From Thermoanaerobaculia bacterium (lineage in GTDB: Bacteria; Acidobacteriota; Thermoanaerobaculia; Gp7-AA8): a DNA stretch of 64,000 nt. Both the position numbers and the translations under genes were made by a program. The notes under the pieces were generated by a model, which saw only the letters and a program-made list of their open reading frames with translations, made no database searches and was not told the origin of the DNA. Numbering within the stretch: position 1 is the stretch's first letter; the number at the start of each line of letters is the position of its first letter. This document shows, piece by piece, positions 47,847-56,619 of the stretch. The DNA lies in NCBI GenBank assembly GCA_035546335.1, contig DATKDP010000056.1, forward strand, positions 120,577 to 184,576, written 5' to 3'.

Positions 47847-49271
47847 TCAACCGAGCGGCAACTGCTCGAGCAGCCTTCTGAGGCGCCTCAGCGTCCTCTC
47901 GCGTCCCAGGGCGATCATGACGTCGAAGATCGGCGGAGAGTTGCCGACCCCCATCAGCGCCACCCGCAGCGGATGAATGTACTTCGCCGCCGAGACCCCC
48001 TCCCCCTCCGCGAGCTTACGCAGCGCCGCTTCTGCCGCCGCTTCGTTCCACTCGCCGAGCGCCGAAAACGCCTCGAGAAGAGCGTCCAGCCGTCTCGTCA
48101 CGTCCGCCCCTTTCAGATGCTTCTTCACCGCCTCATCGTCATAAGCGATCGTTTCGTCATCGACGAAATAAGGAGCGATGAGCTCCGCGAGGTCGCGCAG
48201 CGTCCGCCCCCGGGCTTGATTCAGTCGGATCACGCGCAACAGCCGCTCCCCATCATCGATCGCGACGGTGAGAAACGGCTCGAGATGCGGAACGATCTCC
48301 TCGGGCGGCTTGCGGCTCAGATACTGACCGTTCATCCAGACCAGCTTGTCGGCATCGAACACGGCCGGAGCCTTGTGCACATCACGGAGGTCGAACGCCT
48401 CGATCGCCTCCTCGCGCGTGAGAATTTCCCGATCGCCCCCGGGCGACCAGCCGAGAAGCAGCAGGAAATTGAAGAGAGCGTCGGGAAGGATGCCCATCTC
48501 ACGATACTCCTCCGCGGACGTCGCGCCCGTCCGTTTGCTCAACCGCTTCCGATCGCTGCCGAGGATCAGCGGCAGGTGTGCGAACTGCGGCGGCTCTGCG
48601 CCGAATGCGCGGAAGAGAAGAATATGCTTCGGGGTGTTCGACAGATGATCGTCACCGCGGGCAACGATCGTTATGCCCATGTCGATGTCGTCGACCACCA
48701 CGGAGAGGTGATACGTCGGGTGCCCGTCCGATCGCAGAACTACGAAATCGTCGATCGTCTCTCCCTCGAAGTGAACCGGGCCGCGGATCAGATCGTCGAA
48801 ATCGACCGGGCCGGGCGGGACGCGAAAGCGAACGACGAAACGCTCCTCCTCCCGCGACTCTCCCCTGTCGGCTGCACTCCGGCACTTGCCCGAGTAGCGA
48901 TAGGAACGGCCGTCCTTTTCCGCTTCCTCGCGCTCGCGCTCGAGCTCTTCGACCGTGCAATGACAGCGGTAGGCACCGCCGCGCTCGACCAGCTCGATCG
49001 CCCGCTGACGATATCGGTCGATGCGATCGCTCTGGTAGATGGGTCCCTCGTCCCACGCGACACCGAGCCACTCGAGCGAAGCGACGATCTGCTCGGCATG
49101 ATGCTGCCGCGAGCGCTCCGCGTCCGTGTCCTCGATCCGCAGAAGCATCGTGCCGCCGTAACGCCGTGCGTGCAGCAGATTGAAAATCGCCGTCCGCGCA
49201 CCTCCTACATGGAGGTACCCCGTCGGAGAAGGGGCGAATCGAAGCTTCATTCGGTCGTTGATCTCACGCAT
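47847..49271 (-). CDS. gltX: glutamyl-tRNA synthetase
   Basis: KLRFAPSPTGYLHVGGARTAIFN (HIGH), KLSKR (KMSKS). Start taken at MREINDRMKLRF; the longer ORF upstream is a translation of the repeat element. Confidence 0.9.
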   Translation of the reverse strand: MREINDRMKLRFAPSPTGYLHVGGARTAIFNLLHARRYGGTMLLRIEDTDAERSRQHHAEQIVASLEWLGVAWDEGPIYQSDRIDRYRQRAIELVERGGAYRCHCTVEELEREREEAEKDGRSYRYSGKCRSAADRGESREEERFVVRFRVPPGPVDFDDLIRGPVHFEGETIDDFVVLRSDGHPTYHLSVVVDDIDMGITIVARGDDHLSNTPKHILLFRAFGAEPPQFAHLPLILGSDRKRLSKRTGATSAEEYREMGILPDALFNFLLLLGWSPGGDREILTREEAIEAFDLRDVHKAPAVFDADKLVWMNGQYLSRKPPEEIVPHLEPFLTVAIDDGERLLRVIRLNQARGRTLRDLAELIAPYFVDDETIAYDDEAVKKHLKGADVTRRLDALLEAFSALGEWNEAAAEAALRKLAEGEGVSAAKYIHPLRVALMGVGNSPPIFDVMIALGRERTLRRLRRLLEQLPLG

Positions 49272-49299
49272 TCGAGAGCCGGAAAGTCTACCCCACCCG

Positions 49300-49745
49300 G
49301 CCCGGCGTCGAGTAGCGAGGCTCGGGGCTCGAGGCTCGAATGGCAACCGGTCTTTGGCCGCGTCGATGGTTCTCAGGAAACCCCGTCGAATTCTCGTAGG
49401 GGCGAAGCATTTGCGCGCAGGCCGCAGCGACAGGCTCGCGTTACCGGAGCGCAGCGCAATAGCTTCGCCCGGGTGCTTGCGAGAATGTGACATGGCGGTG
49501 GGTCGATTCGCGCCGCCCTGCAACCCGGGGCGGCGCGGGACGCCCGCTCTCCCGCAGAGGTTCGTTCGATCATCGCAAGCACCCGGACGAAGCTATTGCT
49601 CTCCGTTACGGCGTTGCAAGCCCGCCGCTCTGTCCATCGCGCAAATGCTTCGTCCCTACGAGGGCCGCCCGTCGATGTTCCGGAAGCCCCCCTCGAGCCT
49701 CGAGTCTCCAGCCTCCCCCCCGCGCATCTCCGCTACAATCGATGG
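49300..49745. repeat. composite repeat cluster: heptamer fragment, MITE-like copy (reverse), GC hairpin, MITE-like copy (forward), heptamer fragment
   Basis: 49318-49340 GGCTCGGGGCTCGAGGCTCGA. 49394-49480 element copy 2 (reverse). 49527-49553 GGGGCGGCGCGGGACGCCCGCTCTCCC. 49575-49662 element copy 3. 49690-49715 CCTCGAGCCTCGAG. Confidence 0.85.
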
Positions 49746-49746
49746 A

Positions 49747-50151
49747 GTGCAGAGAAGCTGCTCACGGCTGGCCGGGTTCACGCTGGTCGAGATCCTGGTG
49801 GCGCTCGTCATACTCGGCCTGATCGTGACGACGTCGCTGGCCATCTTCTACGATCGCCAGAAACGGCTGCGGGCCGCGGATGAGATGATCATCGCCTGGC
49901 AGATTCTCGCCAACGAGGCGGAGGTCTGGAGGCACCGCCCGTACGACTCTCTCGTGCCCGGCGCATCCTCCGCGTTTCTCTCCGATCCGGAGCTTCTCGC
50001 GCAGCTCCCGGGCGCCAAGGCGTCAGCGGCAATCGAGCACTCCGGGCCGGCATTGAGAAGCATTCACCTGACAATCCACTGGAGCGACAGCGCGAAGAAA
50101 GCCGAGGTCGCAGTACTGCGGAGCGACACGGGAGGAGGAAGCCTGTGGTGA
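49747..50151 (+). CDS. prepilin-type N-terminal cleavage/methylation domain protein (pseudopilin, GspG/H-like)
   Basis: GTG start gives leader MQRSCSRLAG followed by FTLVEILVALVILGLI (class III signal). Confidence 0.6.
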   Translation: MQRSCSRLAGFTLVEILVALVILGLIVTTSLAIFYDRQKRLRAADEMIIAWQILANEAEVWRHRPYDSLVPGASSAFLSDPELLAQLPGAKASAAIEHSGPALRSIHLTIHWSDSAKKAEVAVLRSDTGGGSLW

Positions 50152-50645
50152 GCAGGCGGCGGCCGAGCGGCTTTTCTCTGATGGAGATGGTCGTGGCGAT
50201 CGCGCTGCTCGGAATCTTTCTTCTCGTTCTCGTCGCTCTGGAAAGCGAGATGTTCCGGCTCGAGCGGTCGATCCGGATCAACATGATGTCGCATCCCGAT
50301 CCGACCGCTGTGCTGAGCCGGTTGCGGCGCGACGTCCTCGACTCTCACGGCTATCCGGAGGCGATCGATGGTCACGAGCAGAGCGAATCGACTCTGATCC
50401 TGCTCGGCCTGGCGGAAGATGGAGCGTGGGAGACGATCGCATGGGACTTCAGCGAAGAGGGGGTGGCGCGACGGATCACCTACAGAAGCGGGGAGAAGGT
50501 GGGAGAATGGACCGCCGGAAACGTCCCCGTTTTCACGATCGCGAGCTTCGACATGCCGGATGGCGGGGTCGCGGTGCGCGTTCAGGCCCGCCACGGAGGG
50601 AAGCTTGCAATCGACGGGATTTTCCAGCCGCGCATCCACGGCTGA
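50145..50645 (+). CDS. prepilin-type pseudopilin
   Basis: MVSRRRPSG-FSLMEMVVAIALLGIF. Confidence 0.6.
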   Translation: MVSRRRPSGFSLMEMVVAIALLGIFLLVLVALESEMFRLERSIRINMMSHPDPTAVLSRLRRDVLDSHGYPEAIDGHEQSESTLILLGLAEDGAWETIAWDFSEEGVARRITYRSGEKVGEWTAGNVPVFTIASFDMPDGGVAVRVQARHGGKLAIDGIFQPRIHG

Positions 50646-51024
50646 CCAGCGAGGTTTCGCACTGATCAGCGCGCTGGTTCTGGCGATGCTCTTCTTCGCC
50701 CTCATGACGCTCGTGATGGTCGAGTCGACGTCCGCCTTGCGATCCGCGACGCGATTCCGCGCGCGCGTCCGTGCCGAGATCCTCGCCGAGAACGCCGCCG
50801 AGCTGGCCGCCAGGAACATGGTCAGCGCACCCGGCTCCGACGCAACCCTTCAGAACGATGACGGCACGATGCACGGCAGCTATCGGCGCCTGGCGGAGAA
50901 TCGGTTCGAGATCACCGGGACCGGAGACGCGGCGGGCCCGATGAAAGTCTCCGCGAGAGTCCGCCTCTTCGGAACCGTGGAAGGGAGCACGATTCGACTC
51001 GATCGGACGATCCACGGGCGATGA
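50560..51024 (+). CDS. prepilin-type pseudopilin-like protein (start uncertain)
   Basis: ...QRG-FALISALVLAMLFFAL. The only in-frame ATG upstream of the G-F site is at 50560, giving an 85-nt overlap with the previous gene. The ATG at 50686 would remove the cleavage motif. Confidence 0.4.
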   Translation: MAGSRCAFRPATEGSLQSTGFSSRASTADQRGFALISALVLAMLFFALMTLVMVESTSALRSATRFRARVRAEILAENAAELAARNMVSAPGSDATLQNDDGTMHGSYRRLAENRFEITGTGDAAGPMKVSARVRLFGTVEGSTIRLDRTIHGR

Positions 51025-51863
51025 AGGCGGGAACGCGAGGGTTGATACCGGTCCTGCTGTCGGTGCTGGTCATCGCCGGCTGCATGGACCGCGAGCAGCG
51101 GGCGTTCTCGCTCGGGACGACGACGAGCATCGAGAACTCCGGTCTTCTGGCCCACCTCACCCGCGCATTTCACGAGCACCACGGAATCGCCGTCCGGCCG
51201 ATTGTGGTCGGCTCGGGAAAGGCGCTGCGTCTCGCCGAGCAGGGAACCATCGATCTGGTCCTCTCACACGACCGGCACGGTGAGCAACGTCTCCTCCAGA
51301 GCGGGCGCGTTGCGCTCTACCGGCAGTTCATGCGCAACGATTTCGTGATCGCCGGTCCTGCGGAGAACCCCGCCGGCCTCGAGCAGAGCGACACGCCTTC
51401 CGCGGCGCTGGCGAAGATCGCATCTTCCGGCAATCGATTCGCCTCGAGAGGAGATCAGTCGGGAACTCACATCCGGGAGCTCTCCCTCTGGCGCGAAGCC
51501 GGAATCGACCCCCGACAGCGTTCCTTCTATTACCCGCTGGGACAGTCGATGAGCTCTCTTCTTCGTTCGTCCAGTGAGCTGCGCGCCTACGTTCTGACCG
51601 ATCGCGCCACCTTCGAGCAGGTCCGCAGCGCGATTGCCCTGACGATTCTGATCGAGGACCACCCTTCGCTCGAGAACCTGTACGCCGTGACGCTCATGCA
51701 ACCGACAGCCCGCAATCGGGAGGAGTGGGAGCATGCGCGCCTATTCGCCGAATGGCTGCTTTCCGCCGAGGGGATGGCAGCGATCTCGAGTTTCACGATT
51801 CGAGGCCGGACCGTTTTCGTTCCGATCGAACCAGGCCGCGTCCCGCCGTCAAACTCCCCGTAG
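51021..51863 (+). CDS. tupA: tungstate/molybdate ABC-transporter substrate-binding lipoprotein (TupA/WtpA-like), orphan
   Basis: Lipobox (VIAGC). FSLGTTTSIENSGLL...PIVVGSGKALRLAEQGTIDLVLSHD...NDFVIAGP...FASRGDQSGTH matches TupA. No permease or ATPase genes adjacent. The stop TAG lies inside a repeat-element terminus. Confidence 0.7.
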   Translation: MKAGTRGLIPVLLSVLVIAGCMDREQRAFSLGTTTSIENSGLLAHLTRAFHEHHGIAVRPIVVGSGKALRLAEQGTIDLVLSHDRHGEQRLLQSGRVALYRQFMRNDFVIAGPAENPAGLEQSDTPSAALAKIASSGNRFASRGDQSGTHIRELSLWREAGIDPRQRSFYYPLGQSMSSLLRSSSELRAYVLTDRATFEQVRSAIALTILIEDHPSLENLYAVTLMQPTARNREEWEHARLFAEWLLSAEGMAAISSFTIRGRTVFVPIEPGRVPPSNSP

Positions 51864-52135
51864 GGACTTGTGCGAGGGACAGAGTGGGGAACTTGCGAAA
51901 CCGCAGCGCAGCGCAAATGCTTCGTCCGGGTGCTTGCAGGGAGAGCGGGCGTCCCGCGCCCGCCTCGGGTGGGCGGGTGGCGCGCATTCAGGCGGTTCAT
52001 GCGAGCACGTGCCGAAGCTGCCGTGCTCCTCGTAGGGACGAAGCATTTGCGCGAGGGACGGCGCAGGGGACTTGACAGAGCGCAGCGCAGCGCAATAGCT
52101 TCGTCCGGGTGCACGGGTAGCCCGCAAACGGTCCT
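51860..52135. repeat. composite repeat cluster: MITE-like copy 4 (reverse, small internal deletion), GC hairpin (reverse), MITE-like copy 5 (reverse)
   Basis: 51860-51937; 51938-51965 GGGAGAGCGGGCGTCCCGCGCCCGCCTC; 52029-52118. Confidence 0.85.
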
Positions 52136-52168
52136 GCGCAAGGCGTTCCCGAATCGTGGTGTGACTTC

Positions 52169-54223
52169 ATGACCGGAATGACGATATCGCCTATCGCTGC
52201 CCTCACCGGAAACGCCGTCGGGGCGTTCGTCATCGCGCTGCTGTTTCTCGCGTTCCTCTTCCGTTATCGGGGAGCCTACCTTCGACCGTGGGCCTTCTTC
52301 TGGATCGCAACGACACTTCATCACGCAGCGAGCGCCCTGACCCTGCACCTGCGCGCGTCGAGCCAGTCTGGAGCGGTCCTGGCGGGTTGCGCTGCGGGAG
52401 CATTCGGCTGGGCGGCGCTCGGATGGCTGCTGCTCGGCTGCCACGAGCTCGCCTTCCGGCGGCCGGCGCGACCCCTGCCGCGATCGATCCTGGTTCCCGC
52501 TCTCGCGGCAACGGGCGCGGTCGCAGGCGCACTGCTGCTGCTCATGACGAGCCGCAACGAGCCGTTTCTCTCGCTTTCGACCCAGGGTCCCATCGCCGCC
52601 GTGGTCGCCATCCTGGCCGCACGCTGGTTGTGGCGCGAGGGTGGACGGCGCAACCTTCTCGGATTCAACCTGATGGTGGTCGCCCTGGCGGTCTATGCAG
52701 CCGTTCAGATGCATGCCACCAGCGTCGTGGTGGAGCTGATGACCGGCGGGAGCTCGTGGAGACTCGGACTGCTGGTTCCCTTCCTCGACTTTTACCTTCA
52801 GGCCATGCTTGCGGTCGGGATGGCGTCGTCGATTCTGGAAGACGAGCGCGAGACCGCGCGACTGGCGACGATCGCGATCGAGCGGCTCGCCTATCATGAC
52901 GCCCTGACCGGACTGCCCAACCGTCCTCTCTTCATGGACCGGCTGATCATGGCTACGGCCCTGGCCGAGCGTACGAAACAACAGATCGCCGTCTTCTTTC
53001 TCGACCTCGACCGCTTCAAGGACATCAATGACTCTCTCGGGCACACCGCGGGAGACATGCTGCTCAAAGGGGTGGCCGAGCGGATTCGCGGCTGCGTGCG
53101 CCAGTCGGACACTCTGGCACGCTTCGGAGGCGACGAGTTCACGATTCTCGTTCAGAGGCTCGAGAAGGTGGAGTATGCAGCGAAGGTCGCGCAGAAGATT
53201 CTCGAAGTCATCCGGATCCCTTTTCTGATCGGCGAGCGCGAGCTGTTCGTGACCACGAGCATCGGCATCAGCATCTACCCTCATGACGGACTCGATGCCG
53301 AGACGCTGGTCAAGCATGCCGACATCGCGATGTATCGCGCGAAGGAGCGCGGCCGCGACGACTATGAGCTCTACACCGCGGCGATGAATCAGCACGCGCT
53401 CGAGAGAATCGCCCTGGAGGGAATGCTTCGAAAAGCGATCGGCAGCGACGAGCTCATCCTCCATTACCAGCCGATCATCGACCTCCACACGCATCGATTG
53501 GTGTCGGTCGAAGCGCTCATCCGGTGGAACCACCCCACGCTCGGGCTGATCGCGCCCGCGCATTTCATCTCCGTCGCCGAGCTCTCCGGCCTGATCATTC
53601 CGATCGGCAAATGGGTCCTCAGCGAAGCGTGCCGCCAGGCACGCGCCTGGAAGGGGAAGACGGGAAGGGACATCCGCGTTTCGATCAATCTCTCCGCCAG
53701 GCAGTTCCAGCAGACGGACCTGCTCACGATGGTGCGGACCACCCTCGAACGGACCGGACTCGAGCCGCATCTTCTGGAGATCGAGATCACCGAAAGCAGC
53801 GCCATGTCGAACGCCGATCTGGCGATCCGGACACTACTCGATCTCAAATCGCTCGGCGTGCGGATCGCCATGGATGATTTCGGCACCGGCTACTCCTCGC
53901 TCAGCTATCTCAAACGCTTCCCGATCGACTGTCTGAAGCTCGATCAGTCCTTCGTCCGTGACATCGTCACCGACGAAGGCGACGCGGCGATCATCGGCGC
54001 GGTCGTGGCCATGGCGCACATCCTGGGGATCGAAGTCGTCGCCGAGGGGGTGGAGACGGAGGAGCAGTTTCGACTGCTGGCAGCGAAGTCGTGCGATCGG
54101 ATTCAGGGATTTCTCTTCAGCCATCCCCTCCCGGCCGAACGGCTCGAGCAGCTCCTGCTCGCCGATCCCACCTGGTTTCTTCCCTCGGCTTCAGCCGAGC
54201 GCGTCCGATCGATCGAAACGTGA
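52169..54223 (+). CDS. membrane-anchored diguanylate cyclase/phosphodiesterase (multi-TM sensor plus GGDEF plus EAL)
   Basis: About 8 N-terminal TM helices. ARFGGDEF (intact GGDEF). EALIRW and downstream EAL-domain motifs (DDFGTGYSSLSYL, QGFLF). Confidence 0.85.
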   Translation: MTGMTISPIAALTGNAVGAFVIALLFLAFLFRYRGAYLRPWAFFWIATTLHHAASALTLHLRASSQSGAVLAGCAAGAFGWAALGWLLLGCHELAFRRPARPLPRSILVPALAATGAVAGALLLLMTSRNEPFLSLSTQGPIAAVVAILAARWLWREGGRRNLLGFNLMVVALAVYAAVQMHATSVVVELMTGGSSWRLGLLVPFLDFYLQAMLAVGMASSILEDERETARLATIAIERLAYHDALTGLPNRPLFMDRLIMATALAERTKQQIAVFFLDLDRFKDINDSLGHTAGDMLLKGVAERIRGCVRQSDTLARFGGDEFTILVQRLEKVEYAAKVAQKILEVIRIPFLIGERELFVTTSIGISIYPHDGLDAETLVKHADIAMYRAKERGRDDYELYTAAMNQHALERIALEGMLRKAIGSDELILHYQPIIDLHTHRLVSVEALIRWNHPTLGLIAPAHFISVAELSGLIIPIGKWVLSEACRQARAWKGKTGRDIRVSINLSARQFQQTDLLTMVRTTLERTGLEPHLLEIEITESSAMSNADLAIRTLLDLKSLGVRIAMDDFGTGYSSLSYLKRFPIDCLKLDQSFVRDIVTDEGDAAIIGAVVAMAHILGIEVVAEGVETEEQFRLLAAKSCDRIQGFLFSHPLPAERLEQLLLADPTWFLPSASAERVRSIET

Positions 54224-54257
54224 CGGGAGTCGAGCACGTTGCATCGTCTCGTGTTGT

Positions 54258-54290
54258 GACAGGTGCGGGCGCGAAACGCCCGCTCTCCCC
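54258..54290. terminator. GC hairpin (GCGGGCG-cgaaa-CGCCCGC) between convergent GGDEF-EAL and EF-G genes; probable bidirectional terminator or REP-like element
   Basis: Member of the conserved hairpin family. Lies in the 69-bp gap between stop codons at 54223 and 54293. No U-tract. Confidence 0.4.
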
Positions 54291-54292
54291 TA

Positions 54293-56380
54293 CTAGGCGT
54301 GCTCGGCTTCGTGCGGCTTCTTCGATTCGGCGATGATCTTTTCCTGAAGATTCCTCGGCACTTCCTCGTAATGTGAGAACTCCATGTGGAACGAGCCGCG
54401 ACCCTGCGTGATCGAGCGAAGCGCCGAGCCGTAAGCCAGCATCTCCGCCATCGGCACGTGGGCCTTGATGACCTGCGTGTCGCCTTCGATGTCGATCCCG
54501 TCCATTCTTCCCCGCCGGGAGGTGAGATCTCCCATCAGGTCGCCGATGTACTCGCTGGGGGCATAGACCACGACGTTCATGATCGGCTCGAGAAGAGTGG
54601 GCTTTGCATTGGCCATCGCGTCTTTGAAGGCGAGAGCCCCGGCGATCTTGAAGGCCAGCTCGGACGAGTCGACCGGATGGAACTGGCCGTCGACCAATCG
54701 GATGCGGAAGTCCACCACCGGATAGCCGGCGAGATATCCCTGTATCCGGGCATCCTGAATCCCCTTCTCGACCGCAGGGATGTATTGGCGGGGAATCGAT
54801 CCGCCGAAGATGTCGTCGACGAACTCGAACTCGGCACCGCGCTCGAGCGGCTCCATTCTGATCTTGCAATCGGCGAACTGCCCGTGCCCGCCGGTCTGTT
54901 TCTTGTGGCGCCCATGCGCATCCGTCGCGCGGGTGATGGTCTCGCGATAGGGGACCTTCGGTGGATGGAGGATGACGTCCACGCCGTATTTTTTCTTGAG
55001 CTTTCCGACGGCGACCTCGACGTGCAGCTGCCCCTGTCCCGAGATCAGCATCTCCTTGGTCTGTTCGTCGCGACCGAATCGGATGGCGGGGTCCTCCTCC
55101 ATCACTCGGGCCAGTGCCGTGGAGATTTTGTCCTCGTCGCCTTTGGATTTCGGCTCGAGCGCGAAGGCGATCGCCGATTCGGGGTAGGCGATGTGATCGA
55201 GCTGGACAACGTGATCGCGCGCGCAAATCGTGTCGCCGGTTCGCGTGTCCTTCAGCTTGGCCACCGCTCCGATGTCTCCCGCCCGAAGCTCGGACACGGG
55301 AACCTGCTGCTTGCCCTGCAGCAGCTGCAGCTTGCCGACCCGCTCTTCGTGATCGCGGCTGCTGTTCCAGTACGCCGAGTCCGATTTCACGGTTCCCGAG
55401 AAAACGCGGAATGCCGAAACGCGGCCGGCGAACGGATCCGAGGTGGTCTTGAAGACGAGCGCCGCCGGAAACGCCTCGGCCCGTCGCTCGATCCGCATCT
55501 CCTCGCCGTTCTTTCCTTTGCCGGCAACCTCGCCTTCGACCGGTGAGGGAAGGAGCGTGACGAACGCATCGAGCAGAGCATGACCCCCGATGTTGTGCGA
55601 CGAAGAGTCGAACAGGAGAGGAAAGACGGCCCGCGCCGCGATCTCGCGCCGCAGCCCCTCCACCAGTTCCTCCTGCGAAAGCCCCCCCTCCTCGAAGAAG
55701 CGCTCCATCAGGGTGTCGTCTCCCTCCGCCACTTTCTCGATCAGTTTCTCCCTCCACTCCTCCGCGGTCGCCCTCAGCTCGGCAGGGACCTCGATGTCCT
55801 CGTATTTTCCCGAGCCGTCTGTGTCGTAGCGGAACGCTCTCATCGAGAGGAGATCGACGACGCCGTGAAAATCCTTCTCTTCGCCCATCGGAAGCTGGAT
55901 CGGAACGACGTTCCTGCCGAACTTCCTCTGCAGCGAGTCGATCGTCCTCTGGGCCGATGCGCGTTCACGATCCATCTTGTTGGACACGATGATCGAGGGG
56001 AGCCCCATCTCCTCGGCGAATTTCCAGACTTTCTCGGTCGTGACTTCGACGCCGGTGACCCCGCTGACGACCACGGCGGCAGCATCGGCCACGCGCATGC
56101 CGCTCCTGGCCTCGGTCAGAAAGATGCCGAATCCCGGCGTGTCGATGAGGTTGATCTTCTTTTCCTTCCACTCAGCGAACGCGACCGCAGCCGAGATCGA
56201 GTGTTTTCGCTCGATCTCATCGGCGTCGAAGTCGGTCACCGTGGTACCGTCATCGATGCTGCCAAGGCGCGTAACCGCCCCTGAATTGAACAATAACTGG
56301 GCGACGAGGGTCGTCTTCCCCGTGTCGTTGTGCCCCACCACGGCGATGTTTCGAATCTCGGGTCCCGAATAAACCTTCAT
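54293..56380 (-). CDS. fusA: elongation factor G paralog (standalone, not in str operon)
   Basis: MKVYSGPEIRNIAVVGHNDTGKTTLVAQLL (G1), DTPGF, all five EF-G domains. GAGGAG RBS. Confidence 0.85.
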   Translation of the reverse strand: MKVYSGPEIRNIAVVGHNDTGKTTLVAQLLFNSGAVTRLGSIDDGTTVTDFDADEIERKHSISAAVAFAEWKEKKINLIDTPGFGIFLTEARSGMRVADAAAVVVSGVTGVEVTTEKVWKFAEEMGLPSIIVSNKMDRERASAQRTIDSLQRKFGRNVVPIQLPMGEEKDFHGVVDLLSMRAFRYDTDGSGKYEDIEVPAELRATAEEWREKLIEKVAEGDDTLMERFFEEGGLSQEELVEGLRREIAARAVFPLLFDSSSHNIGGHALLDAFVTLLPSPVEGEVAGKGKNGEEMRIERRAEAFPAALVFKTTSDPFAGRVSAFRVFSGTVKSDSAYWNSSRDHEERVGKLQLLQGKQQVPVSELRAGDIGAVAKLKDTRTGDTICARDHVVQLDHIAYPESAIAFALEPKSKGDEDKISTALARVMEEDPAIRFGRDEQTKEMLISGQGQLHVEVAVGKLKKKYGVDVILHPPKVPYRETITRATDAHGRHKKQTGGHGQFADCKIRMEPLERGAEFEFVDDIFGGSIPRQYIPAVEKGIQDARIQGYLAGYPVVDFRIRLVDGQFHPVDSSELAFKIAGALAFKDAMANAKPTLLEPIMNVVVYAPSEYIGDLMGDLTSRRGRMDGIDIEGDTQVIKAHVPMAEMLAYGSALRSITQGRGSFHMEFSHYEEVPRNLQEKIIAESKKPHEAEHA

Positions 56381-56619
56381 GCGTGTCTCCTCGAAGGGAT
56401 GTAACAATTCACGGTCCGAACGCGAATCATAATTTAAAATGGAGTCAGGTTCCCACGACATCCGGAAGGATCGGATGCACCGAGCGGTTTCCTGAGGACG
56501 AGCAGGGAGTATATCATTGCGCTTCGACATGCCGTGGCGGGCGAGCTCGACGGATGGCATGAGCAGAGGGATACGAGAATGCGACCAGCGATGTGGTTGA
56601 CGGATGGAGGATCTCGACG

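Noticed and set aside
49272-49523. N-terminal 84 residues of the gltX ORF (MQGGANRPTAMSHSRKHPGEAIALR...)
   Set aside because: This segment is a translation of a MITE-like repeat copy. The conserved GltX N-terminus (KLRFAPSPTGYLHVGG) starts at 49250-49271.
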